In this document: piece by piece, positions 19,738-29,924 of the stretch
Layout: each line of letters begins with the position of its first letter
Position numbering within the stretch: position 1 is the stretch's first letter
Assembly (NCBI GenBank): GCA_002402465.1
Contig: DHFW01000004.1
Location: 19,772-83,771 of the forward strand
DNA from: Bacteroidales bacterium UBA4814
Lineage (GTDB): Bacteria; Bacteroidota; Bacteroidia; Bacteroidales; UBA7960
Direction: 5' to 3'
DNA: 64,000 nt
Position numbers and translations under genes: made by a program
Notes under the pieces: model-generated
Seen by the model: the letters and a program-made list of their open reading frames with translations, nothing else
The model's database searches: none
What the model was told of the DNA's origin: nothing

Positions 19738-20790
19738 ATGGTTACCCGTTACAAGATAAAAACCCTCACAGAATTTGTTATTGAACGCCAGTCGGAATAC
19801 CCTCATGCAAAAGGAGCTTTAACCAGGCTGCTCAACGATATAGCCACTGCAGCCAAAATCGTTAACCGCGAGATTAATGCAGCGGGACTGGTGGATATTC
19901 TTGGTACGGTTGGTTCGACAAACATCCAGGGCGAAACCCAGAAGAAGCTGGATGTATATGCCAACGATATGTTTATCACCATGCTGAAAGGAGGCGGAGA
20001 GTGCTGCGCCATTGCTTCTGAAGAAAACGAGAAAGTTATTTCTTTCCAGAACAACATTGCCGAGCTTGGTAAGTATGTGGTGGCCATTGACCCTTTGGAT
20101 GGCAGCAGCAATATTGAGTCGAACGTTTCAATCGGCACCATTTTTTCCATATACCGCAGAAAAAGCGAAGTGGGTTTGGGAACCCACGAAGATTTGCTGC
20201 AACCGGGGGTCAATCAGGTTGCGGCAGGCTACATAATTTACGGCTCATCCACCATGCTTGTATATACCACGGGCAAAGGGGTAAACGGTTTTACCCTCGA
20301 CCCCTCGGTGGGCATCTTTTGTCTTTCGCACCCCGACATGAAGTTTCTGGAAACCGGGAACATTTACTCCATAAACGAAGGGAACTATGTTTATTTCCCG
20401 GAAGGGATAAAAAAATACATCAAGTATTTGCAGGAAGAAGACAAGTGCACCCTACGCCCATACACTTCGAGGTATATTGGCTCACTGGTTGCCGATTTTC
20501 ATCGCAACCTGATTAAAGGTGGCATATTCTTGTATCCGGGCACACGAAAGAATCCCAGCGGCAAACTGCGCCTGCTGTATGAATGCAACCCTATTTCCTT
20601 TATTGCCGAGCAGGCCGGTGGAAAAGCCAGCGACGGCTTCAACCGAATCATGGAAATTCAGCCAAAAACCTTACATCAGCGGGCCCCCCTGATTACCGGC
20701 CCACGAAAAATGGTGGAGAAAGCCGAGGAGTATATGCGCAACTTTTCTCCCGACATGGAGCACAGCCCAATGCCAACGGAGGAAGAATAG
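19738..20790 (+). CDS. fbp: Class 1 fructose-1,6-bisphosphatase
   Basis: [39 protein letters not shown] and [11 protein letters not shown] motifs. Confidence 0.96.
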   Translation: MVTRYKIKTLTEFVIERQSEYPHAKGALTRLLNDIATAAKIVNREINAAGLVDILGTVGSTNIQGETQKKLDVYANDMFITMLKGGGECCAIASEENEKVISFQNNIAELGKYVVAIDPLDGSSNIESNVSIGTIFSIYRRKSEVGLGTHEDLLQPGVNQVAAGYIIYGSSTMLVYTTGKGVNGFTLDPSVGIFCLSHPDMKFLETGNIYSINEGNYVYFPEGIKKYIKYLQEEDKCTLRPYTSRYIGSLVADFHRNLIKGGIFLYPGTRKNPSGKLRLLYECNPISFIAEQAGGKASDGFNRIMEIQPKTLHQRAPLITGPRKMVEKAEEYMRNFSPDMEHSPMPTEEE

Positions 20791-20793
20791 CAG

Positions 20794-20880
20794 AGGGCAC
20801 AGGGCACAGGGAGAAGCGGCAGGAGGCAGGGAGGATCGAAGAAGCGAAGAAGCGAGGACGCGAAAAAAATTAGCGAAGCA
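20794..20880 (+). repeat. Purine-rich degenerate 7-8 bp tandem repeats after fbp
   Basis: AGGGCAC AGGGCAC AGGGAGA, then CGAAGAAG CGAAGAAG CGAGGACG CGAAAAAA. Confidence 0.5.
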
Positions 20881-20916
20881 TAGCACCCGGGGTTTTCATT
20901 TAATTGGAAATTGCGT

Positions 20917-20947
20917 TTTGATTTAGGAAGCGGTTTGAATAACTTTG
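20917..20947 (+). promoter_or_regulatory. sigma-A promoter for mfd (TTTG, 19 nt, TAACTTTG)
   Basis: TTTG at 20917-20920 and TAACTTTG at 20940-20947. The -7 element overlaps the ORF-track start, which favours TTG 20972 as the real start. Confidence 0.6.
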
Positions 20948-20971
20948 CAGGTTTTTAATTTTCAACTGCTT

Positions 20972-23900
20972 TTGAAGCCTGAGCAATTTATTCAGCATTT
21001 CGCGAAAAGCGAAAACATAAGCCGTTTGGCAGGTTTTGTAAATGAGGCCGGGCCAGGGGCTATAGCCCTGAAGGGCATGGCGGGTTCGGCCGCTGCAGTA
21101 GTGGCTGCCACCGTAATAAAACAATCGCGTAAATCCTTTCTTTTTATCCTTTCGGAAAAAGAATCGGCCGCTTATTTTTTTAACGACCTGGAAAACCTTT
21201 TGGGAGAGCGCGAACTAAGTTACGAAAACCGCAGCATTTTCCTCTTTCCGGCTTCTTACAAGAAACCATACGAAATCACTGAAACCGAAAATGCCAACGT
21301 ATTGCTGCGTTCGGAAGTGGTTAATTGCCTTGCTTCGCGAAGCAACAAAGTCATTATTGTTACTTTTCCCGAAGCACTAAGCGAAAAGGTTGTTTCGCGA
21401 AAAGTTCTGAAAAAAAACCTGATCACCATTTCACGGGGCGAAGCACTCTCGGTTGATTTTTTACTGGATTTTTTGCTCGAATACGGTTTTGAAAGGGTTG
21501 AGTTTGTAGTGGAGCCCGGGCAGTTTTCACTGCGCGGTGGCATCATCGACGTGTTTTCCTTTTCCAATGATTATCCTTTCAGAATTGAGATAATGGGCGA
21601 TGCGGTGGAGAGCTTGAGGTCGTTCAATCCCGAAACCCAGCTTTCGGTTAAGGTGCAGGACAAAATCAGCATACTGCCCAACATTGGCCAAATGGAGGTG
21701 AAAGCCGAAAGCCGTGAATTTCTCCTCGACTCCATGCCGGGAAACACCGTAGTGTGGAGCGAAGACACCAGCCTGGCTGCCGAAAAAATGAAGGCTGGCC
21801 TGGAAAAGGCACAGAACATCTTTTACACGCTCCACAAAGATTTCAGGCACAGCACCCCCGAAGAATTGTTTATGGAATCAGGGGGTTTTATCAACAAGTT
21901 GAACTCAACCCGACTGGTGGAGTTCCGGAAGCCTTTCCTTGCCAGTGAAGAAAATCAGCAAATTGAATTCGAGTTTTCGCCTCAGCCTTCTTTCAACAAG
22001 AATTTTGAATTGCTGATCAAGAACCTGGAAAAGAATTCTGCCCAGGGCATCAGCAACCTGCTGCTTTCAGACAATCCACGGCAGATTGAGCGCATCCAGT
22101 CTATTTTTGAAACCATCCATCTGAACGCTGGACAGGAGCTCCGGTTCACCCATGATACCCTGCTGCTGAGTCTTCATGAGGGCTTTGTAGATCATCAGTC
22201 GAGGCTGGCCTGCTATACTGACCACCAGATATTTGAGCGTTACCACCGTTTTAAAGTACGCGACAAGTTTCCGGGCAAGCAGGCCCTTACTATCAAAGAG
22301 TTTCAGAATCTGAAACCAGGCGATTACATTACCCATATCGATCATGGGATCGGGGTGTTCAGCGGACTGGAAAAGATTGAGGTAAACGGCAAACTGCAGG
22401 AGGCCATCAGGCTGGTTTACAAGGATAACGACGTGCTGTATATCAGCATTCACTCGCTTCACCGTATATCCCGCTACAGCGGAAAGGAAGGCGCAGCACC
22501 CACTCTGCACCGGCTGGGCAGCAACACCTGGGCAAACCTCAAGAACAAAACCAAGAGAAAGGTTAAGGATATCGCCAAAGACCTGATTAACCTCTATGCC
22601 AAGCGACGGGCACAAACGGGTTTCAGCTTTTCGCCCGACACCTACCTGCAAAACGAACTGGAAGCCTCTTTTATTTACGAAGACACCCCAGACCAGGAAA
22701 AGGCCACTATTGCGGTTAAAAAAGATATGGAGGCCCCCTACCCCATGGATCGCCTGATATGCGGCGATGTGGGCTTTGGCAAAACCGAGGTGGCTATCAG
22801 GGCAGCCTTCAAGGCCGTGACTGATTCGAAACAAGTGGCCGTGCTGGTTCCAACCACCATTTTGGCCCTGCAACATTTTTATACCTTCAGCGACCGCCTT
22901 AAGGAACTCCCCTGCCGCGTAGATTACATAAGCCGTTTCCGCACCGCCAAGGAGAAAAAGCAGGTGGTGGAAGACCTGAAAGCCGGAAAAATTGACATAA
23001 TCATTGGCACACACCGCCTGGTAAGCAAGGATGTTAAATTCAAAGATCTGGGGCTTGTGATTATCGACGAGGAGCAAAAGTTCGGGGTGGCTGCCAAAGA
23101 AAAACTCAAGCAGATACGAGTCAATGTAGATACGCTCACCCTTACGGCAACGCCCATTCCGCGCACCCTCCAATTTAGCATGATGGGGGCACGCGACCTT
23201 TCCCTGATCAACACGCCCCCACCAAACCGTTATCCGATTGTAACCGAATTGCATGTTTTTAGCGAAGAGCTAATCCGCGACGCCATAATGAATGAGGTGG
23301 CACGCAACGGCCAGGTGTTCTTTATTCACAACCGAGTGCAGAATATTCTCGAAATTGCTGGCATCATACAGCGGCTATGCCCCGAGGTGAGCATTGCCGT
23401 GGGGCACGGGCAAATGGAAGGAACTAAACTGGAAAAGGTAATGGTCGATTTTATCAATGGCGACTACGACGTGCTGGTGGCCACCACTATAGTGGAGTCG
23501 GGCCTCGATATTCCCAATGCCAACACCATTATCATAAACAATGCCCACCATTTTGGTCTGAGCGACTTGCACCAAATGCGCGGGCGTGTGGGGCGCACCA
23601 ACAAAAAAGCTTTTTGCTACCTGCTCACCCCACCCATGAGCACCCTCACAGAGGAAGCGCGAAAAAGGCTGCGCGCCATTGAAGAGTTTTCTGACCTTGG
23701 CAGCGGTTTTAACATTTCCATGCGCGACCTCGACATCCGGGGAGCAGGCAACCTGCTGGGTGCTGAGCAAAGTGGTTTCATTGCCGAGATCGGGTTTGAG
23801 ATGTATCAGAAAATCCTGGATGAAGCCATTACTGAATTAAAGGAAAAAGAGTTCAAGGAGCTATTTGCTGAAGGGTTGAGCCGGCAAAAGTACCTGGTTG

Positions 23901-24364
23901 GCGACTGCCAGCTGGAAACGGACTTTGAACTGATGATTCCCAGCGAATATGTTTCAAATACCGAAGAGCGCCTGAGCCTCTACAAAGAACTCGACAATAC
24001 AGACGATGAAACCGCTCTGCAAGCCTTTGCCAGTCAGATGGTGGATCGATTCGGGCCACTACCCAAGGCCACCGAAGGGCTCTTGCAAGCCGTGAGGCTG
24101 CGCTGGGCCGGAAGGGAAATTGGTTTTGAGAAGATGATTTTAAAAAGCGGCATGCTTATCGGATACTTCATCACAAGGCAGGATTCCCCCTACTTTGAAA
24201 GCACCGCGTTTAAAAAAGTGCTGCGTTTTGCCCAGGAAAACCACCGAAACTGCCAGTTAAAAGAAACCAATGAGCGGCTGAGCATGACCATAAAACCGGT
24301 CAGAGACATAGACCAGGCACTTGATCTGGCAAAAGAGATTCTGGAAACCAGTGCTGTACTTTAA
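20972..24364 (+). CDS. mfd: Transcription-repair coupling factor
   Basis: RGGIIDVFS, HIDHGIG (RID), DRLICGDVGFGKTEVA, DEEQKFG, TATPIPRTL, QMRGRVGR and RDLDIRGAGNLLG motifs. Confidence 0.97.
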   Translation: MKPEQFIQHFAKSENISRLAGFVNEAGPGAIALKGMAGSAAAVVAATVIKQSRKSFLFILSEKESAAYFFNDLENLLGERELSYENRSIFLFPASYKKPYEITETENANVLLRSEVVNCLASRSNKVIIVTFPEALSEKVVSRKVLKKNLITISRGEALSVDFLLDFLLEYGFERVEFVVEPGQFSLRGGIIDVFSFSNDYPFRIEIMGDAVESLRSFNPETQLSVKVQDKISILPNIGQMEVKAESREFLLDSMPGNTVVWSEDTSLAAEKMKAGLEKAQNIFYTLHKDFRHSTPEELFMESGGFINKLNSTRLVEFRKPFLASEENQQIEFEFSPQPSFNKNFELLIKNLEKNSAQGISNLLLSDNPRQIERIQSIFETIHLNAGQELRFTHDTLLLSLHEGFVDHQSRLACYTDHQIFERYHRFKVRDKFPGKQALTIKEFQNLKPGDYITHIDHGIGVFSGLEKIEVNGKLQEAIRLVYKDNDVLYISIHSLHRISRYSGKEGAAPTLHRLGSNTWANLKNKTKRKVKDIAKDLINLYAKRRAQTGFSFSPDTYLQNELEASFIYEDTPDQEKATIAVKKDMEAPYPMDRLICGDVGFGKTEVAIRAAFKAVTDSKQVAVLVPTTILALQHFYTFSDRLKELPCRVDYISRFRTAKEKKQVVEDLKAGKIDIIIGTHRLVSKDVKFKDLGLVIIDEEQKFGVAAKEKLKQIRVNVDTLTLTATPIPRTLQFSMMGARDLSLINTPPPNRYPIVTELHVFSEELIRDAIMNEVARNGQVFFIHNRVQNILEIAGIIQRLCPEVSIAVGHGQMEGTKLEKVMVDFINGDYDVLVATTIVESGLDIPNANTIIINNAHHFGLSDLHQMRGRVGRTNKKAFCYLLTPPMSTLTEEARKRLRAIEEFSDLGSGFNISMRDLDIRGAGNLLGAEQSGFIAEIGFEMYQKILDEAITELKEKEFKELFAEGLSRQKYLVGDCQLETDFELMIPSEYVSNTEERLSLYKELDNTDDETALQAFASQMVDRFGPLPKATEGLLQAVRLRWAGREIGFEKMILKSGMLIGYFITRQDSPYFESTAFKKVLRFAQENHRNCQLKETNERLSMTIKPVRDIDQALDLAKEILETSAVL

Positions 24365-25773
24365 TCCCCTTCTTCGGGCTCGTCGCCCCTGATCATCTCG
24401 CTGATGTCCAGGATCATTTTCCGGCCAAGATGTTCGGCCTTTACCAGGCTGTCGCTTTCGCAATAAATGCGGATAATAGGCTCAGTGTTTGAGCGGCGCA
24501 GATGCACCCACTCCTTGTCGAACATAATCTTTGCACCGTCGGTCTGATCGATGGGTTGCTTGGCATATTTGGCAATAATCTTTTTGAATATGTCGTCAAG
24601 GTCAATATCCTCGGGTAGCTCAATCTTGTTTTTCGAAATATAATACTCAGGGTATTTTTTCTTGAGCAGGGTGCATGTTTTACCAAATTTGGCCAGGTGC
24701 GTAAGGAAAAGGGCTACGCCCACCAGGGCATCGCGACCATAGTGCAAGGCGGGATAAATCACCCCGCCGTTGCCTTCGCCTCCAATAACTGCATTGTGTT
24801 TTTTCATGGCTTCCACCACGTTAACCTCACCCACAGCGCTCGAAAAATACTCCTGCCCATGGGCCCGGGTTACTTCAGCCAGGGCTTGTGTACTCGAAAG
24901 GTTGCTGACAGTGCTGCCTGGTGTATTCGAAAGCACATAGTCGGCCACGGCCACCAAGGTGTATTCTTCGCCAAACATTTCGCCATCCTCGCAAACCAGC
25001 GCCAAACGATCCACATCCGGATCGACCGCAATGCCCAGGTGAGCATTCTTTGTTAAGACTTCGGCAGAGAGCTCAATTAGGTTTTCGGGCAAGGGCTCGG
25101 GGTTATGCGGAAAAATGCCGTTGGGCTCGCAGTAAATCTCATGCACCTTTTTTACCCCAAGGGCTTCGAGCAACATTGGTATGGCTACTCCACCCACCGA
25201 ATTTACGCCATCGACCACCACTGAAAAGTTTGCAGCCTGAATGGCCTCCACATCAACCAGGGGCAATGCCATAATCTTTTCGATATGCATCTCCAGAAGC
25301 GACTCCTCTATGGTATAGCTTCCATACTTTTCGACCGGCACAAATTCGAACTGTTCCCAGTTTAAGAATTTTTGCATTTCTTGGCCCTGAGCAGCCGACA
25401 GAAACTCGCCCCGTTCATTGAGGAGTTTCAAGGCGTTCCAGTTTTTGGGGTTATGGCTGGCCGTAATAATAATGCCGCCATGGGCCTTAAAAAACGCTAC
25501 CCCCATGGCCACGGTTGGGGTAGTGGTGGCGCCACCTTCGATAATGTCAATACCCATCGACTGCAAGGTAGCGGTAACGATTTTATTGATAGCCGGCCCC
25601 GAAATGCGGGCATCGCGGCCTATAACCACCCTCAAGCGTTCCTCCGGAAAGCGGCTGCGAAGCCACATGCCATAGGCACCCGAAAATGTTAAAACATCCA
25701 CTGGAGACAAACCCTCGCCGGGCTTTCCGCCCAAGGTGCCCCTGATTCCTGAAATCGACTGTATCAATGCCAT
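24361..25773 (-). CDS. glmM: Phosphoglucosamine mutase (alpha-D-phosphohexomutase)
   Basis: SISGIRG, TASHNP, DPDVDR and GGEGNGG motifs; TAACTTTG -7 element at 25796-25803 (minus strand). Confidence 0.88.
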   Translation of the reverse strand: MALIQSISGIRGTLGGKPGEGLSPVDVLTFSGAYGMWLRSRFPEERLRVVIGRDARISGPAINKIVTATLQSMGIDIIEGGATTTPTVAMGVAFFKAHGGIIITASHNPKNWNALKLLNERGEFLSAAQGQEMQKFLNWEQFEFVPVEKYGSYTIEESLLEMHIEKIMALPLVDVEAIQAANFSVVVDGVNSVGGVAIPMLLEALGVKKVHEIYCEPNGIFPHNPEPLPENLIELSAEVLTKNAHLGIAVDPDVDRLALVCEDGEMFGEEYTLVAVADYVLSNTPGSTVSNLSSTQALAEVTRAHGQEYFSSAVGEVNVVEAMKKHNAVIGGEGNGGVIYPALHYGRDALVGVALFLTHLAKFGKTCTLLKKKYPEYYISKNKIELPEDIDLDDIFKKIIAKYAKQPIDQTDGAKIMFDKEWVHLRRSNTEPIIRIYCESDSLVKAEHLGRKMILDISEMIRGDEPEEGD

Positions 25774-25989
25774 CACCATCAAAAATTTACGCCTGCAAAG
25801 TTAATATTTGAAAACAACCAGCCGAAAAATTACTGCAATCTTTTTTTCGGGCAGATGACAGACCATTTTTTGCAAGTCAAAAAGCAGCCGTAAAAATCGG
25901 CAAACAAAAGTATACTATTATTTTTTCATGCCAAAACTATTTATTTTTATTTTAATTATTTTTTTTTGCCATTTAAAGAATCTTTCTTA

Positions 25990-26023
25990 CTTCTTGCTTC
26001 TTGCTTCTTGCTTCTTGCTTCTT
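25990..26023 (+). repeat. Heptanucleotide tandem repeat (CTTCTTG)x4 plus a partial copy
   Basis: Directly visible in the glmM/tamL divergent spacer. Confidence 0.9.
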
Positions 26024-26108
26024 CCATCTCATTAATGAATTGTACTGGCACAGCATTTCAAATATGGTCAGAATGCCTAAATTTGCTAGTTCGTTAAACC
26101 AGGGATAC

Positions 26109-28460
26109 GTGTCAATAAAATTACTCCGGATTTATCTTTTGCTAACTGCGGGGATATTGCTGTTTTCGGGCTGCAATCCGGCGCGCCGTATCCCTGAGGG
26201 GCAGTACTTGCTAAATCGCAACAAGATCACCATAGAAGAGGCCGACATTAAGCGCGATCAACTCCGCCCCTACATCAGGCAAAAGCCCAATCGGCGTATC
26301 CTGGGGTTTTACCGCTTTCACCTTCAGGTGTATCAGCTGGCCGACCGGGGGCGCGAGACCGGCATAAAACGCTGGATGAAAAACACCATTGGCGAGCCGC
26401 CTGTATTGTTCGACCCGCTACTAATGCAAAGTAGTCAGCGACAATTTGAGCTTTTTATGCAGAGCAAGGGTTACTTTAATGCAGAGGTTAGCCCAGAGCA
26501 ATATTTGAGGCGCCAACGGGCCAAAGTCAATTACAGGGTAACCGGAAATACCCCATATACTATTCGCAACCTACACTACCAAATTCAGGACCCACACCTG
26601 GCCTCCTATATTTTTTCTGACACAGTCAATGCCCTGATAGCCTCTGGCCAGCGCTACGATGCCGACCTCTTGCAGCAGGAGAGGGAGCGCATAAGCCGCC
26701 ATTTGCGAAACCAGGGCTTTTTCCACTTTTCAAACGATTTTATCCTTTTCCAGGTCGACAGCACCCTTGGCACCCACCAGGTTGACATCAATTTGCTGAT
26801 AAATAACCCGGAAACCGGCAGACCACCTGGAGGCGAATCCCCTGCCCCCGCCCGACATCGCCGGTATATTATTGACCAGGTATATATTTATCCCGATTTT
26901 TCGCCCTTCCGAACCGGAACAACCCCTTTCGACACCACCCGCTTTGTGCCAGATCGGAAGGAAGAGGCACCGGTTTACCATTTTTTGCATACCGATCGCA
27001 TGAGCATACGCCCGAAGGCGTTGGTGCAAAACATTCTAATTGAGCCCGGGCAGTATTTTCGCAACCGCAACGTAGAGCTGACCTACAATTACCTGAGTGG
27101 GCTCAGAAATTTCCGATTCATCAACATACAGTTCTCTGAAAATCCCCAGCCGGAACAGGGTGCCCAATCCGACACCCTGGGTTTTCTTGATGCCCACGTC
27201 CAGCTTGCACGTTCACCATCCAATGCTTTTACCATAGAAGCCGAGTGGCTCAACTCTTCGGGCAACCTGGGGGTGGCGGGCAACTTCCTTTTTACAAACC
27301 GCAACTTTTTCGGAGGGGCCGAGCGGCTCAACATACGTTTGAAAGGTGCCCTGGAGGCTGCCGGCGAGTCCTCGCGCAACGAGGTGATCAACCGTTTGCC
27401 CTTCAACACCCTGGAACTGGGCGCGGAGGCTAGTATTGATTTCCCGAAATTACTGCTGCCTATTCCCATGGAGCGCCTCTCGAAAAATGCCAGGCCACAG
27501 AGCACCATTTTCACCGGTATCAATTACCGGCAACGCCCCGACTACACCCGCTATATTCTCAATGCAAGCTACGGCTTTGAATGGAGCGAAAACCCAAGAA
27601 AACGCCATTACCTTTACCCTCTGGAGATCAGCTCCATAAAAGTATTTAACGACTCCATACTGCAATCGAGGACACCCGAAGGTAACCCCCTGATTATGAG
27701 TCGCTACCGCGACCATTTGACCGGGGGCCTCAAGTACTCGTATGTGTACAACACTCAGCAGCTGGGCCGTGAAATTGATTTTATTTACTTCCGTGGAAAC
27801 TTTGAATCGGCCGGTAACCTCATGCAACTGGCCAGTAAAGGCCTGAATGCCACCACCGACGAGAGCGGAAGCTACACCCTTTTCAACATTCCTTTTGCTC
27901 AATACCTGAAAGGCGATGTGGATGTACGTTTTTATAAATTTTTTGAACGCAACAATAACCTGGCTGTACGATTTATGGCCGGAGCAGGCATTCCTTACGG
28001 CAACTCCACGGTTATGCCTTTTGTGAATAGTTATTATGCCGGCGGTGCCAACAGCATACGGGCATGGCGCATTTATGCCCTGGGACCCGGCGCTTACACT
28101 GATAGCCTGTCTATTCGCTTTGACCGCTATGGCGACATAAAGTTGGAAGCAAACATCGAACACCGCTTTGCCATTTACCGGTTTTGGCATGGGGCTATTT
28201 TTGCTGATGCCGGCAACGTATGGTTTATAAACGAGAATCCACAGTTTCCCGGAGGGGAGTTCTCTTTTTCTGATTTTTATAAAGAAATTGCCATAGGGGC
28301 CGGGGTCGGGCTTCGCCTCGACTTTAATTATTTTGTGGTGCGCATCGATGCGGCTTTTCCTGTGCACGACCCCTCCCTTGAGCCGGGTCAGCGCTGGATC
28401 AGCAAATGGCCCCGCCTCCGAAAGTGGAATTTCAACCTTGGAATTGGATATCCATTCTGA
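26109..28460 (+). CDS. TamL/BamA-family (Omp85) outer-membrane lipoprotein with POTRA-like domains
   Basis: GTG start with lipobox LFSGC; IGEPPV, GGANSIRAW, DAGNVW, GLRLDF and C-terminal FNLGIGYPF; TAAATTTG at 26078-26085. Confidence 0.85.
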   Translation: MSIKLLRIYLLLTAGILLFSGCNPARRIPEGQYLLNRNKITIEEADIKRDQLRPYIRQKPNRRILGFYRFHLQVYQLADRGRETGIKRWMKNTIGEPPVLFDPLLMQSSQRQFELFMQSKGYFNAEVSPEQYLRRQRAKVNYRVTGNTPYTIRNLHYQIQDPHLASYIFSDTVNALIASGQRYDADLLQQERERISRHLRNQGFFHFSNDFILFQVDSTLGTHQVDINLLINNPETGRPPGGESPAPARHRRYIIDQVYIYPDFSPFRTGTTPFDTTRFVPDRKEEAPVYHFLHTDRMSIRPKALVQNILIEPGQYFRNRNVELTYNYLSGLRNFRFINIQFSENPQPEQGAQSDTLGFLDAHVQLARSPSNAFTIEAEWLNSSGNLGVAGNFLFTNRNFFGGAERLNIRLKGALEAAGESSRNEVINRLPFNTLELGAEASIDFPKLLLPIPMERLSKNARPQSTIFTGINYRQRPDYTRYILNASYGFEWSENPRKRHYLYPLEISSIKVFNDSILQSRTPEGNPLIMSRYRDHLTGGLKYSYVYNTQQLGREIDFIYFRGNFESAGNLMQLASKGLNATTDESGSYTLFNIPFAQYLKGDVDVRFYKFFERNNNLAVRFMAGAGIPYGNSTVMPFVNSYYAGGANSIRAWRIYALGPGAYTDSLSIRFDRYGDIKLEANIEHRFAIYRFWHGAIFADAGNVWFINENPQFPGGEFSFSDFYKEIAIGAGVGLRLDFNYFVVRIDAAFPVHDPSLEPGQRWISKWPRLRKWNFNLGIGYPF

Positions 28461-28471
28461 CACTTGCCTTC

Positions 28472-29896
28472 ATGAGTCACGAAACCATAAGTAAAGCCAT
28501 CCTCAGGGAATTTCCCTACACACCCACCAGCGACCAGAGCCAGCTAATCAATTTGCTGGGAAGATTTATCACGGACGGAGATTCCGCTTCGGTATTTGTG
28601 CTGAAGGGCTATGCCGGCACTGGCAAAACCACCATTGTAAGCAGCCTGGTGAAGATACTGCCATCGCTGCGGGCCAGTTCTGTGCTGCTGGCGCCCACAG
28701 GAAGGGCTGCCAAAGTGCTGGCTTCCTATTCGGGCAAACAAGCATTTACCATTCACAAAAAAATTTACCGCCTGCTGCCTTCGGTCGATGGGTCAATAAA
28801 CGTGGTGCTTCAGCAAAACAAGCACAAGAACACTTTTTTTATTGTTGACGAGGCCTCCATGATCGGCGGCAGTCGCAGCGAACAAGCCGAGCTTTTTGGC
28901 GGCACCAATCTGCTCGACGACCTGATTCATTTTGTAAACGACGGGGTAAACTGCCGGCTGATCCTAATTGGCGACACAGCCCAGTTGCCCCCGGTCATGA
29001 CCACCGAAAGTCCGGCCCTGAACGAAAAATTCCTCTCACAACGCTACCACCTGAAACTTTGGAGTTTCGAGCTAAAGGAGGTGGTACGGCAAGCGCGCGA
29101 CAGTAGCATTCTGCACAACGCCACCCTCATCAGGCAAATGCTGGGAAACAAAGAAGAAGGTTTTCCAAAATTGCAGCTCACAGGCTTCAACGATTTTAAA
29201 AGACTCGAGGGCCCCGATGCTGCCGATGAGGTAAACAATGCCTTTATGGGCCGGGAAATTGAAGAGACGCTTATCGTTTGCCGAAGCAATAAACGGGCAA
29301 ATCTTTTCAACCAGCACATCCGAAGCAAGGTGCTTTTCCGGGAGGATGAAATTAGTGCCGGCGACTTGCTTATGGTGGTAAAAAACAACTATTTCTGGCT
29401 GCCTGACAGCAGTAATGCCGGGTTTATTGCCAACGGCGACATCATGGAGCTGAAAAGAATACGCCGCATTGAAGACCTGTACGGTTTTCGCTTTGCCGAT
29501 GTTACCGCAAGGATGCTCGATTACCCCAACGAGCCCGACCTGGAAGTTAAGATGTTACTCGACACCCTGAATGCTGAAGGTCCATCTTTGTCTAATGCCG
29601 ATAGCAAAAAGCTTTTTGAAGAAGTGGCCGCCGATTATGCCGACATTCCGAACAAGGGCACCCGCCTGGCTCGCATAAAAAACAACCCCCATTATAATGC
29701 TTTGCAGGTAAAGTTTGCCTATGCCCTAACCTGCCACAAAGCCCAAGGTGGGCAGTGGTCCAACGTTTTTGTGGAAATGGGATACATCCCCAACAAGGAA
29801 CCCGACACCGAATACCTGCGCTGGCTGTATACCGCCCTGACGCGCGCCACCGAAAAGATATTCCTTCTCAATTTTACTGACGATTTTTTTGAATAA
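28472..29896 (+). CDS. RecD-like SF1B ATP-dependent helicase (AAA_30/UvrD_C2)
   Basis: GYAGTGKT, LAPTGRAAK, DEASM, GDTAQLPPV, YALTCHKAQGGQW and YTALTRA motifs. Confidence 0.88.
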   Translation: MSHETISKAILREFPYTPTSDQSQLINLLGRFITDGDSASVFVLKGYAGTGKTTIVSSLVKILPSLRASSVLLAPTGRAAKVLASYSGKQAFTIHKKIYRLLPSVDGSINVVLQQNKHKNTFFIVDEASMIGGSRSEQAELFGGTNLLDDLIHFVNDGVNCRLILIGDTAQLPPVMTTESPALNEKFLSQRYHLKLWSFELKEVVRQARDSSILHNATLIRQMLGNKEEGFPKLQLTGFNDFKRLEGPDAADEVNNAFMGREIEETLIVCRSNKRANLFNQHIRSKVLFREDEISAGDLLMVVKNNYFWLPDSSNAGFIANGDIMELKRIRRIEDLYGFRFADVTARMLDYPNEPDLEVKMLLDTLNAEGPSLSNADSKKLFEEVAADYADIPNKGTRLARIKNNPHYNALQVKFAYALTCHKAQGGQWSNVFVEMGYIPNKEPDTEYLRWLYTALTRATEKIFLLNFTDDFFE

Positions 29897-29924
29897 AAAC
29901 AGTTGTCGTCAAAAACCTGTGCCC

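Noticed and set aside
22067-23254. 395-aa minus-strand ORF
   Set aside because: Antisense shadow of the conserved mfd helicase core.
27450-28463. 337-aa minus-strand ORF
   Set aside because: Antisense to the Omp85 barrel gene; no independent evidence.
28472-29896. Helicase considered as an anti-phage defence gene
   Set aside because: It looks like the common Bacteroidota RecD-like housekeeping helicase, with no nuclease or defence neighbours.
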